Shown in pieces: positions 10,955 to 20,000 of a DNA stretch of 20,000 bases. The notes beneath the pieces were generated by a model that saw only the letters and a list, made by a program, of their open reading frames with translations, ran no database searches and was not told the origin of the DNA. The DNA comes from Chiloscyllium plagiosum. Lineage: Eukaryota. Position 1 is the first letter of the stretch. Each line of letters opens with the position of its first letter. The position numbers and the translations under genes are program-made. The DNA is taken from NCBI RefSeq assembly GCF_004010195.1, contig NC_057719.1, positions 30,869,894 to 30,889,893 of the forward strand. The letters run 5' to 3'.

Positions 10955-12195
10955 ATCAGAGTCCTAGAGATCTACAGCACAGAAACAGACCCTTTGGTCC
11001 AACTCATCTATGCTAACCAGATATCCTAAATAAATCTAGTCTCATTTGGCCCATATCCCTCTAAATCCTTCCTATTCATGGTCTCATCCAGATGTTTTAT
11101 AAATGTTGTAATTGTACCAGCCTCCATTATCTCTTCTGGTGACTCATTCTATAGACACACCTGTGTGGAAAAAGTTGCCCATTAGGCCCCTTTTAAATCT
11201 TTACCCTGTCACAAACCTATGCCCTCTAGTGTTGGACTCCACCCACCCCCTCACCCCACCCCCCAACCTGGGGAACATACCTTGTCTATTTACCCTATCC
11301 ATGCCCCTCTTGATTTTCTAAACCTCTAAGGTCACTCTTATCCTCCAATGGTCTGGGGAAAACAGCCCCAGCCTATTCAGCCTCTCCCAATAACTCAAAC
11401 CCTCCAACCTTGGCAACATCCTTGTAAATCTTTTCTGAGCCCTTCCAGCTTTTACAACATCCTTCCTAAAGCAGAGAGGCAAAAATTGCACACAGTATTC
11501 CAAAAGTGGCCTAACCAATGTCTTGTACAGCTGCCACATGATCTCCCAATTCCTATACTCAGTGCACTGACCAATAAAGGCAAGCATACTAAATGCCTTC
11601 ACCATCCTATCTACCTGAGACTCCACTTTCAAGGAACTATGAACCTGTACACCAAGGGTTTTGTTCAGCAAGACTTCCCAGGGCCTACCATTAAGTGTAT
11701 AAGTCATGCCCTGATTTGCCTTTCCAAAATGCAGCACCTCACATTTATCTAAATAAAACTGCACCAACCACCCGTTGGCCCATTGACCCATCTGATCAAG
11801 ATCCCATTATGCATGGAGGTAACCTTTTTCACTGTCCACTACACCCCCAATTTTGATGCCATTTGTAAACTTACTAACCAGACCTCCTATGTTCACATCC
11901 AAATCACTTCTATAAAAGACAAAAAGCAGTGGACTCAGCACTGATCATTGTAGCACGCTGCTGGTCACAGGCCTCCAGTCTGAAAAGCAAACCCTCCATT
12001 ACCACCCCTGTCTTCTACCTTTGAGCCAGTTCAGTATCCAAATGGTAGTTCTCCCTTTATTCCATATGATCTAATCTTGCTAACAAGTCTACCACGAGGA
12101 AACTTGTCAAACGCCTTACTGAACTCCATATAGATCACATCTGCCGCTTTTTCCTCATCAATCCTCTTCATTACTACTTCCAAAAACTCAGTTAG
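10955..12195 (-). mobile_element. CR1 (HER1-like) LINE, 5'-truncated: RT to 3' tail
   Basis: Reads LTEFLEVVMKRIDEEKAADVIYMEFSKAFDKFPRGRLVSKIRSYGIKG, then WLVQFYLDKCEVLHFG and LYKTLVRPLLEYCVQF. The 3' tail is ggaccaaagggtctgtttctgtgctgtag on the reverse strand. Confidence 0.95.
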
Positions 12196-12879
12196 TGAGA
12201 TGCTGGTCATGGGAAATTTGCAACATAGCATTGGTGCTTGCAAGTTGAACTTGGGCATCTTAATGATATTGAAGTTAGCAGCAATGATGGTAGAAAAGGC
12301 TAGTGCTGGCTGAAGGCAGACTATTATTTGTGCAAGTTGAAGCACCCTATGTGACTCACAACTTTGATTCATTATCTGACATGTGAGTGTAATGGTCTGT
12401 ACTGATTGCAGTGAGAAGTTGAACAATTGGCACTGATCTGGGATAGGAAAGGTGCTAGAGAGTTGCAAGCACTCCCTGCTTAATGACATTGAGTGGTCAG
12501 TTAGTCATCATGGTATCTTCATCAGTTGCTACACTTGCTGAGCCTGAATGTGAATGGATGATGAAGATATGTCCCTCATTATTCAAGTGCAGCATGTGTC
12601 TCTGTATGGGGAAGTACGATCATCCCTCCTTTGCAGGGTTTTCCATGTGAGATCTAAGAACCTCTATCACTCCTTCGGTTCTCATGTTCAGTCACTTCCA
12701 CTGTGTATTCTGGGCCCTACCACTAGTGTCATGTTCATCATTATGGGTTCCAACCTAAAGGCAAATACAGATACAGGAGGTCCAGGGTTGATGGCCCTCT
12801 CAGGAGCACTGCAGAGCATGAGGAACACTAAGCATAAGCAAAGATCACTCCTAGAGGGCCCTCAATGTGTGCAGTGTGT

Positions 12880-12970
12880 AGGGTGTCCATTGTTTTCTGG
12901 CCCCAATTCCATCTCCTGGGGATGAGCTAGGCAATGCCAACACAAGCACCATATGTCCCAGAATTTTGCC
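12880..12970 (+). pseudogene. PIF/Harbinger transposase fossil, segment 1 (N-terminal)
   Basis: VFWPQFHLLGMS*, then in a shifted frame QCQHKHHMSQN, resembling VYRPR..YL.MSE.QC.RRLRMSRE. It is colinear with segments 2 and 3. Confidence 0.5.
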
Positions 12971-12971
12971 A

Positions 12972-13237
12972 GATGAATAGCAAAGGTCTTTTCCCTGGGG
13001 TGGGTGAACTCAAATCTAGAGGGTATATTTTTAAGGTGAGAGGAGAAAGATTTAAGAGACCTGAGGCAAATTTTTCAGAGGCTGGTTCATATGTAGAATG
13101 TACTGCCAGAGGAAGTAGTAGGTGCAGGTACACTTGCAACATTTAGAAGACATTTCGACAAGTACATGGTTAGGAAAGGATAAGAGCGCTATGGACCCAA
13201 TGCAGTCAAATGTGACTAGTTTAGTTTGGGAAACTTG
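12972..13237 (+). mobile_element. CR1 LINE 3' fragment lacking its terminal tail
   Basis: Reads MNSKGLFPGVGELKSRGYIFKVRGERFKR, then ...TFRRHFDKYM. It is homologous to 8700-8900 and 11030-11300. Confidence 0.9.
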
Positions 13238-13530
13238 AGGGATTTGTCAGTTCTGCAACCACAGATGCACCAGGTCAGTAACTAATGATATCTGTGGCAG
13301 ATCGCAGCAGTCCATTTTATTCCCCTATTACATGGTTGTGCCGTCCAAGCAGCAGGATTTAAAAACATAGCTGGCTTCCCCAAGGTGCAGGGTGCCATAG
13401 ACTGTACACTTATCACTATAAGGGCTGTAATCATAACACTGCAGAATCCTTCAACAGGAAAGGGATCCATTTGATTAATGTTCAGGCCATCAGTGAGTAC
13501 TATTATCACCTCCAAGACATGCATACCTGC
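13238..13530 (+). pseudogene. PIF/Harbinger (HARBI1-like DDE) transposase fossil, segment 2
   Basis: Three frames give GICQFCNHRCTRSVTNDICGRSQQSILFP / AAGFKNIAGFPKVQGAIDCTLITIRA / FNRKGIHLINVQAISE. These match the Harbinger motifs GISQ..HRCI..VT, AGFPxVxGAIDCTH and NRKGxHSxNVQ. The first catalytic Asp codon is at 13400-13402. Confidence 0.9.
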
Positions 13531-15039
13531 TCTTAATGACATTACAAAGGATGATGTGCTAGACATTTTGAAACATGTGAGGATAGATATATTCCCTGGG
13601 CCAGATGGGATACATCCAAGGCTACTACAGGAAATGAGGGAAGAGATTGCTGTGTTTTTGGTGGTGATCTTTGCTTCCTCATTGTCCACTCTGGCAGCTC
13701 CAGATGTTTGGAGGGTGGCAAATGTTATTCCCTCAAAGAAAGGGAATAGGGATAACACTGGACATTACAGTCCAGTCAGTCTTGCATTAGTGGTGGGCAA
13801 ATTATTGGATAGGATTCTGAGAGACAGGACTCATGATTTAGAAAAGAATAGTTTCATTAGAGAGAGTCAGCATGGCTTTGAGGGGCAGGTCATGCCTCCA
13901 AAAGCCTTATTGAACCTTATTGAGGGTAGAGCAGTAGATGTGATGTATATGGATTTTAGCAAGGCATTTGGTAAGATTCCCATGGTAGGCTCATTCAGAA
14001 AGTAAGGAGGCATGGGATACAGGGAAATTTGGTTGTCTGGATACAGAATTGGCTAACCCATAGACAGAGGGTGTTAGTAGATGGAAAGTATTCATCTGTA
14101 TTTGCCTGGAGTTTGGTGACCAATGATGTTCTGCAGGGATCAGTCCTGGGACCTCTGTTCTTTGTGTTTTTTTTCATAACTAACTTTGAGGAAGTGGAAG
14201 GGTTGGTTAGTATGTTTGCCAATGACACGAAGGTTAGTGGAGCGGTAGATAGTGTGGAGGACTGTTGTGGGTTGGAATAGGACATTGAGCTGTGCTGACA
14301 AGTGCCAGATGGAGTTCAACCTGGAAATGTGTGAAGTGATTCATTTTGGAAGGTCGAATTTCAATACATGGTTAAAGACAGGATTCTTAGCAGTGTGGAG
14401 GAACAGAGGGAGCTTGGAGTTCTCATAAGTTGACAGGGTTGTTGGAAGGTGTATGGTATGTTGTCTTTCACTGGTAGGGGATAGAGGTTAAGAGCTACAA
14501 GGTTATGCTGCAGCTCTATAAAGCCCTGGTTAGACCACACTTGGAATATTGTGTTCAGTTCTGGTTGCCTCCTTTATAGAAAGGATGTAGAAGTTTTAGA
14601 GAGGGTATAGAGGAGCTTTACCAAGATGCTGCCTGGACTGGAGGACATGTCTTATGAAAGGTTGAGGGAGCTAGGGCTTTTCTCATTGGAGTGAAGAAGG
14701 ATGAGAGGTGACTTGATAGAGGTGTACAAGATGATGAGGGGCATTGATAGAGTAGATAGCCAAAGTTTTTTTCCCAGGGTGGAAATGGCTATCATGAGGG
14801 TGCATAATTTTAAGGTGATTGGAGAAAGGTTTAAGGGAGATGTCAGAGGTTGGTTCTTTACACAGAGGTGAGTGCATGGAATGCACTGCCTGCTGTGGTG
14901 GTAGTCAGACACATTAGAGGCATTTAAATGACTCAGATAGGCACATGGATGATAGAAAAATGAAGAGTATGTAGGTTAGTTTGATCTTAGAAAGATAAAA
15001 GGTTGGCACAACATTGAGGGCTATGTTTTAAGTTCAATG
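13531..15039 (+). mobile_element. CR1 LINE ORF2 3' half (RT) with 3' tail, inserted into the Harbinger transposase
   Basis: Reads PGPDGIHPRLLQE, WRVANVIP, YSPVSL, VDVMYMDFSKAFGKIP, QGSVLGPLFF and MFANDTK (FADD), with several frameshifts. It ends in a degenerate (tatgttc)n tail at about 15022-15039. Confidence 0.97.
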
Positions 15040-15420
15040 TATCCTGGAAGCTGCCAGGAGTCCTACATCTTGGAGAAATGACATGTAACTGGTGCATTTG
15101 AGGGCCAGGGACCTTATGAGGCTAGTAATGGGATCAATATCTATCCACTGCAACCATGGTTCATGACAACTTTGCAAAACCCCTCACTGACAAAGAACAT
15201 CAGTTAAACGCTATACATGCTTTGACCAGGAATATGAGGGTTGTTAAAGATTGTTACTGCTAATGGACCAAACTGGAAGACCTTCCAGTATAGTCCTGAC
15301 TGTGTTTAATGCATACTCTGGCTTTCTGTTCTCTGCAGAATTGCAATAGAAAACATGGTGTTGTGTTGGATGCTGAGGAACAGGAACAGTTTTGAGGAGG
15401 ATGACAAATCTTTGTCCTTG
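15040..15420 (+). pseudogene. PIF/Harbinger transposase fossil, segment 3 (C-terminal)
   Basis: Reads YPGSCQESYIL...GINIYPLQPWFMTTLQNP / LTDKEHQLNAIHALTRN / QYSPD followed by an acidic tail. This matches YPGSxHDS, GDxGYPLxPWLMTP.xNP and E..YN..H..TR. Confidence 0.85.
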
Positions 15421-15464
15421 TGCCTGATGCAGCTGAGCACTATCATGAACTAAAGCCAGACAAG

Positions 15465-15780
15465 ACAGTGGTTAGCACTGCTGCCTCACAGCGCCAGAGA
15501 CCCGGGTTCATTTCCCGCCTCAGGCGACTGACTGTGTGGAGTTTGCACATTCTCCCCGTGTCTGCGTGGGTTTCCTCCTGGTGCTCCGGTTTCCTCCCAC
15601 AGTCCAAAAAAATGTGCAGGTTAGGTGAATTGGCCATGCTAAATTGCCCGTAGTGTTGGGTGCAGGGGTAAATGTAGGGGAATGGGTCTGGGTGGGTGCG
15701 CTTCGGCGGGTCGTGTGGACTTGTTGGGCCGAAGGGCCTGTTTCCACACTGTAAGTAATCTAATCTAATCTAAAAAAAAA
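15465..15780 (+). mobile_element. HE1-type V-SINE (tRNA-derived), near full length and young
   Basis: Has a partial A-box (cagtggttagc), a B-box gggttcatttccc (15504-15516), the V-domain gtggagtttgcacattctccccgtgtctgcgtgggtttcctcc, and a CR1-derived tail gggccgaagggcctgtttcc followed by (taatc)3 and poly-A. About 13 CpGs are retained. Confidence 0.95.
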
Positions 15781-16394
15781 TCTGTTTGCCATTTGGTTCC
15801 AATAGATGAGATCCTGAATGAGCAGAATTATAGACTGTAAATTATTAACTGATCACATTGTTGAAATTGGGTTTTTGTCCTTGTTTTTGCTGTCTGAAAA
15901 CAAAAGCTCATGTCTGGATTGTCCAATTGCTTGCCTGTATGTGGTATTTCCCTTTTAGAAATGAAAATCTGCAGGTCTCCTGTGGGTACTTCTGACAGGG
16001 TAGTGCTGACTTAAGGGGCTGTTCAGACAAGATCTATCTACAGACAAAGTCTGGTGTGGTAGTTAAACTGCAATTAATGTGAGAACATGGTGTTGCTTGT
16101 GTAAGGGAGTGTTAGCCATGTGCCATGGGAAGTGTGGCTTTGTAGTTCCTGTGCTATTACATTGCCAAGTGAGGGGATTGGAATTGGATGTAAGAGACCA
16201 TAACGATGGGGTAGATATGCCAAGAAAGTCCATTAGGCCAGGCAGCAGAAAACCTCTTTTCAGGCAAGAAAAGAAGGATTCAGCATCTTGTCTTTAAGAG
16301 GCATTTTAATATTTTTAGTGTAATTTCTTCACTATATCTATTTTACAAATTCACCTATCAGTAAATTCTATTTACAATAAATACTTCAGGACTT

Positions 16395-16615
16395 TCAAGT
16401 TTGAGTTTGATCTACTGTTGTCACATGTATGGAGATACAGTGAAAAGTGGTGTTTTGCATACTACACAGGCAGACCATACCACAAAGTACATCAGGATAG
16501 CAGAATTGTGCAGAATAGTGTTAATGCCGCAGAAAATATGCAAAGAGATCAGAATTGACATTTGAGGTTCATTCAAAAGTCTGATAAAAGCCAGGAAGAA
16601 GCAGTTCCTGAATTA
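16395..16615 (-). mobile_element. Rex1/Babar-type LINE 3' end
   Basis: Reverse strand of about 16565-16612 reads FRNCFFLAFIRLLNE, matching the Rex1/Babar ORF end R.xNSFFPxAIRLLN. It is followed by a 3' UTR containing ttttcactgtatctc. Confidence 0.65.
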
Positions 16616-16764
16616 TATTTCCATAATAATCATATTGTATTGAAATCCATTTTGACCATGACATTAATTTTACTTAATTTGCTCTTGATAAAGCATATGA
16701 TATTGTTTCTTCTAGTTTTATGAATGCCAATGAAATGGTCTTTAAATTCTGCCATAATTTTTTC

Positions 16765-16900
16765 AAGAATCATGGAATTACAGAATTGTTATGGTGAAGA
16801 AGGAGCCATTTGGGCCCATTGTATCTGCACCAACTGTCCAGTGAGCAACATGACTTAGTGTCATTCTGTCTTTTCTCCATAACCTGAATCAATCATCCAC
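16765..16900 (-). mobile_element. Decayed CR1 3' tail
   Basis: agaatcatggaattacagaattgttatggtgaagaaggagccatttgggcccattg is the reverse complement of a CR1 stem-loop plus short-repeat tail. Confidence 0.55.
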
Positions 16901-17125
16901 TTTGTGACACTGGTTCTTAATTGCTAGCTGCTAAACGCTTGTCTCCTACTGTGGTCCTTTGACTGAAGTCTATTTTCTTTCCTTGCCATGCACCTATTTG
17001 CGAAACATTAATGTGTTGATTCTTGCTCGCCATTACCTTTGTTTAGATCAATGGGATTCTTGAACTCTGACTGGCCAATGTATTAAAAGAATGTTATCAG
17101 TCTTAGTTTGGCTAAATGGTGTGTG

Positions 17126-17215
17126 CCGAAAATGTGTTGCTGGAAAAGCGCAGCAGGTCAGGCAGCATCCAGGGAACAGGAGAATCGACGTTTCGGGCAT
17201 AAGCCCTTCTTCAGG
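17126..17215 (-). mobile_element. 90-bp solo Penelope terminal-repeat insertion with 12-bp TSD
   Basis: Homologous to 5794-5854 of the Penelope element. Flanked by aaatggtgtgtg (17114-17125) and aaacggtgtgtg (17216-17227), 11/12 identical. Confidence 0.88.
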
Positions 17216-17217
17216 AA
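17183..17217 (-). ncRNA. Minimal type-I hammerhead ribozyme motif
   Basis: Reverse strand reads UUC-CUGAAGA-A-GGGC-UUAU-GCCC-GAAA-C-GUC|GAUU: CUGANGA box, 4-bp stem II, GAAA box, loopless palindromic stem III (ACGU) and a GUC cleavage triplet. Stem I has only 2 bp in this copy. Confidence 0.75.
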
Positions 17218-17382
17218 ACGGTGTGTGACCAATTTCTGATTTGGTTTCTTCAGGTGTTAGTCATCTTATCAATAATGCTTTGTTAACTCCTGTTTTTCTA
17301 CCATATCAATCATTTGGAGAAGCAGTGCTATCCTTTATTTTCCAGAGGGATAGATGTAATACAATTTGTGTAAAGTATATCA

Positions 17383-17671
17383 GGGAGGCAGTGGCATAAT
17401 GTTGTTGTCATTGGCTAATGCTCATGGACGTGGGTTTGAGTCCTACCCTGGCAGATAGTGAAATTTGAATCCATGAAAATCTGGAATTAAGACATCGTGA
17501 CTAACTTTTGTCATAAATGCCCTATCTGGTTCAGTAATATTAAGGAAGAAAATCTTACCCAGTCTGTCCTACATGTGACTCTAGATCCACAATGTGGTTG
17601 ACTCAATTGTCCTCTGAAATGGCAATTAGGCAGAGGTAATATGTCAGCAATGCTCACATTCCATGAAAAAA
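17383..17671 (+). mobile_element. tRNA-derived SINE (second family), old
   Basis: A-box-like gtggcataatg, B-box-like gggtttgagtcct (17432-17444), body homologous to 8433-8505, and tail ggcaattagg...cacattccatgaaaaa. Confidence 0.8.
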
Positions 17672-17809
17672 TTTTAATTGAAGGGAAGTAATTTGAAGTC
17701 ACAAGATGGTGTTAAATGGTGCAGCAAGATAAACAAACTATAGCAACTAACAAGAATGACATAAAACTAGTGAAACTTAATTTTGAAGTAACATATAGAC
17801 CTGTTACAT

Positions 17810-19480
17810 GCTTTATTACCGAGACCAGTGTCCTGCTGTGAACCCGTCTGGGAAGAGTCAAAGTGCAGCCAAGAGAAAGCAGCTGATTGGGTGAGTAAGG
17901 TACTTATGGTTTGAAAGAAATATTTAGAGTTTATAATTTGTAAGGGCAACATTACGGGGATCCAGAAAAGGGCCGTAGAGAAATTATTTCTCAAGAGAAT
18001 TGAAGGGTTTAATTTAAAGGGATGAGTGATGAAAGAGTTCAAAACTGTGGTGTGTTCTTCCTGCACTGTGGGAAATAAGGCAGTTTCAGGACTAGAACAT
18101 GTGCACAACATGTTTCCAGCTCAGCTCCTGGAAGTCTGAGTTTCAGAGCTGGAGCAGCAACTGGGAACATTATGCAGCATGTGTGAGGCTAAGAGTATTG
18201 TGGTTAGCATGTACAGAGTGATAGTCAGTCTGCAGCCTAAGACTGCAAAGACAGGGAGAGAATGAATGACCACCAGACAAAATAAGACTAGGCAGGTAGT
18301 GCAGGAATACCCTGTGGACATTCCCCTGCAAAACAGTTATACCACTTTGGATACTATTGGGGATAATGGACTTTTGGAGGAAAGTAGCAACAGCCAAATT
18401 CATTACAGCACAATTGATTTTACTGCAAAGAGGAGCTGGAATAAGTGACAAGGCTGTACTATAAGGGGATTCAATCATAAGAAGAAGAGACTGATGATTC
18501 TCTGGTCACGAATGAGACTCTAAGATAGTATGTACGAAACATACAAAGTCAAGGATGCCCTAGTGCGGCTATTGGACATCCTAGAGAAGGTGACTGAACA
18601 GCCAATGATCGTGATACACATTGGTGCCAACAATATAGGTGGGGGGAAAAAAACTATGTCCTAAAAAGCCAAATATAGGGAGTTAGCAAACAATTTTAAA
18701 AAGACTTAATCTTAACATTGCTGCCAGTGCCACAAGTCAGCTTAGAAATAGGATATATCAGATGAATCTGACTGGAGAAATGGTGCAATGGGGAAGGGTT
18801 TAGATGCCTTGGACACTAGGACCAGTTCCGGGGATTTGACCAGCACAAGCTGGCTAAGTTGTGTCTGGACAGGACATGAACTAAAATACAGGGGGAGTAT
18901 TTGCTAGTGCACTTAGAGAAGGCTTAAACTAAAATGGCAGCAAGATGGAAACCTAGTCAGGGAGACAGAGAAACCAGTGCAAAAACAAAAAAACAGAATT
19001 TGAAATAAGAAAAGTGATAGACAGAGAATACAAGGGCAAGAATAAACATGGCCACAATGCAAATTACTGAGTGGACTAAAAATGTTAAATAGACAAGCCT
19101 TGTGTTTTCATGCAGAGAGCATTTGCAATAAAGTAGGTGAATTATTTGTGCAAATGGTATGATTGAGATTATAGAGATGTGACTGCAGGATGACCAAAGA
19201 TGTGAACTGAATATCCAAGGGTATTCAGTTTTTTGGAAGGATACACAAAAAAGAGAGGAGGTGGGAGGCATTGCTTGTCAAAGAAAACACTTCTGGAGTA
19301 AGAATATTAAGTCTGGTGTAATGGAATTTGTATGGATGCAGATTAGAAACACAAGGGGCAAAATAACAACAATTGAGGGGGTTGTTACAGATCTCCAAAC
19401 TGTAATGGTAATAGTGGGAAATCCATTGAAGAGAAAATGAGATGTAAGCAATAAAAGTACACTTGTAATTAGATGCATCT
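17810..19480 (+). mobile_element. CR1 LINE 5' half: ORF1 (zinc finger/zipper plus SGNH esterase) and ORF2 endonuclease start, decayed
   Basis: ORF1 motifs are VVCSSC (18047), VSELEQQLGTL, IPLQNSYTTLDT, GDSII (18465-18479) and VIHIGANNIG (18611-18640). APE endonuclease remnants LNIQGY, VWMQIRNTRG and YRSPN follow. Confidence 0.88.
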
Positions 19481-19504
19481 AATTCTTTGAATTCACACAA
19501 AGGA

Positions 19505-20000
19505 TATCAGAGCCGATTACTCTCCAGGACCTGATGAACCAGCTCTCGAAATCTCACGAGATGTTGGGGAAACAGATTGAAGAGAAGCTGGCTCCAGTCT
19601 CTCTCATGCTGCAGAAGCATGAGCAGCAGCTGGGAGACCTGGAGAAGAGGACGGATGAGGTGGAGCACAGGGTCACAGTGGTGGAAGCTGATGCCAGTTC
19701 ATTCAAGGATGAGATCCAAGCCCTGAAGACACAGGTTCATAATTTGCGTGACCAAGTGGATGATCATGAAAACAGGGGCAGGAGAAAAAACATTCGGATC
19801 ATCAGTCTGCCTGAGGGTAAGGAAGGTGAGCGGCCTGCGGAATTTGTTGAAGATTGGCTTCCAAAATCCCTTGACTTGAGACTGGCATGAGAGGATTGAA
19901 GATAGAGAGCGCTCACCGGGTCGCAGCACCGAGGTTGGGTCTGGGTCAACACCCTCGTCCTTTCCTGGTGCGGTTCCATCATTACCAGGATAAGGAGAGA
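19505..20000 (+). mobile_element. L1-clade LINE ORF1p (coiled coil plus RRM), one frameshift, running off the right edge
   Basis: A heptad coiled coil precedes DDHENRGRRKNIRIISLPEGKEG. After a 1-nt shift near 19877 it reads GLKIESAHRV...HPRPFLVRFHHYQDKER. These are the L1 ORF1 motifs ENRxRRxNxRIxGxPE, IERAHR and PRPxxVRFxxYxDKE. Confidence 0.93.

Noticed and set aside
15465..15520. tRNA gene
   Set aside because: Only A/B-box remnants of a SINE head are present and no full cloverleaf forms.
15420..15747. Three overlapping ORFs on both strands
   Set aside because: All lie within the GC-rich HE1 SINE and are spurious.
1..20000. Prokaryotic-type systems (CRISPR array, operon, retron, defence island)
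   Set aside because: There are no regularly spaced repeats or dense intact ORFs. The RT motifs all belong to eukaryotic non-LTR or Penelope retroelements.

Overview
Repeat-dense, CpG-poor, non-genic vertebrate DNA. An HE1-type V-SINE and HER1/CR1-type LINEs point to a cartilaginous fish (shark), which is my inference. I found no host exon or intact gene: the listed ORFs are transposon fragments or their antisense shadows. The window is a nested stack of decayed elements: many CR1-clade LINE pieces, three tRNA-SINE families, a Rex1/Babar 3' end, a Penelope-like (RT + GIY-YIG) insertion with a 13-bp target-site duplication (TSD), a PIF/Harbinger transposase fossil split by two CR1 insertions, and a young L1 ORF1 at the right edge. 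The most interesting item is a 90-bp TSD-flanked insertion (17126-17215) that is essentially only a Penelope terminal repeat carrying a minimal hammerhead ribozyme core. All family calls come from manual translation and motif recognition, with no database search, and boundaries are approximate unless a TSD is given.
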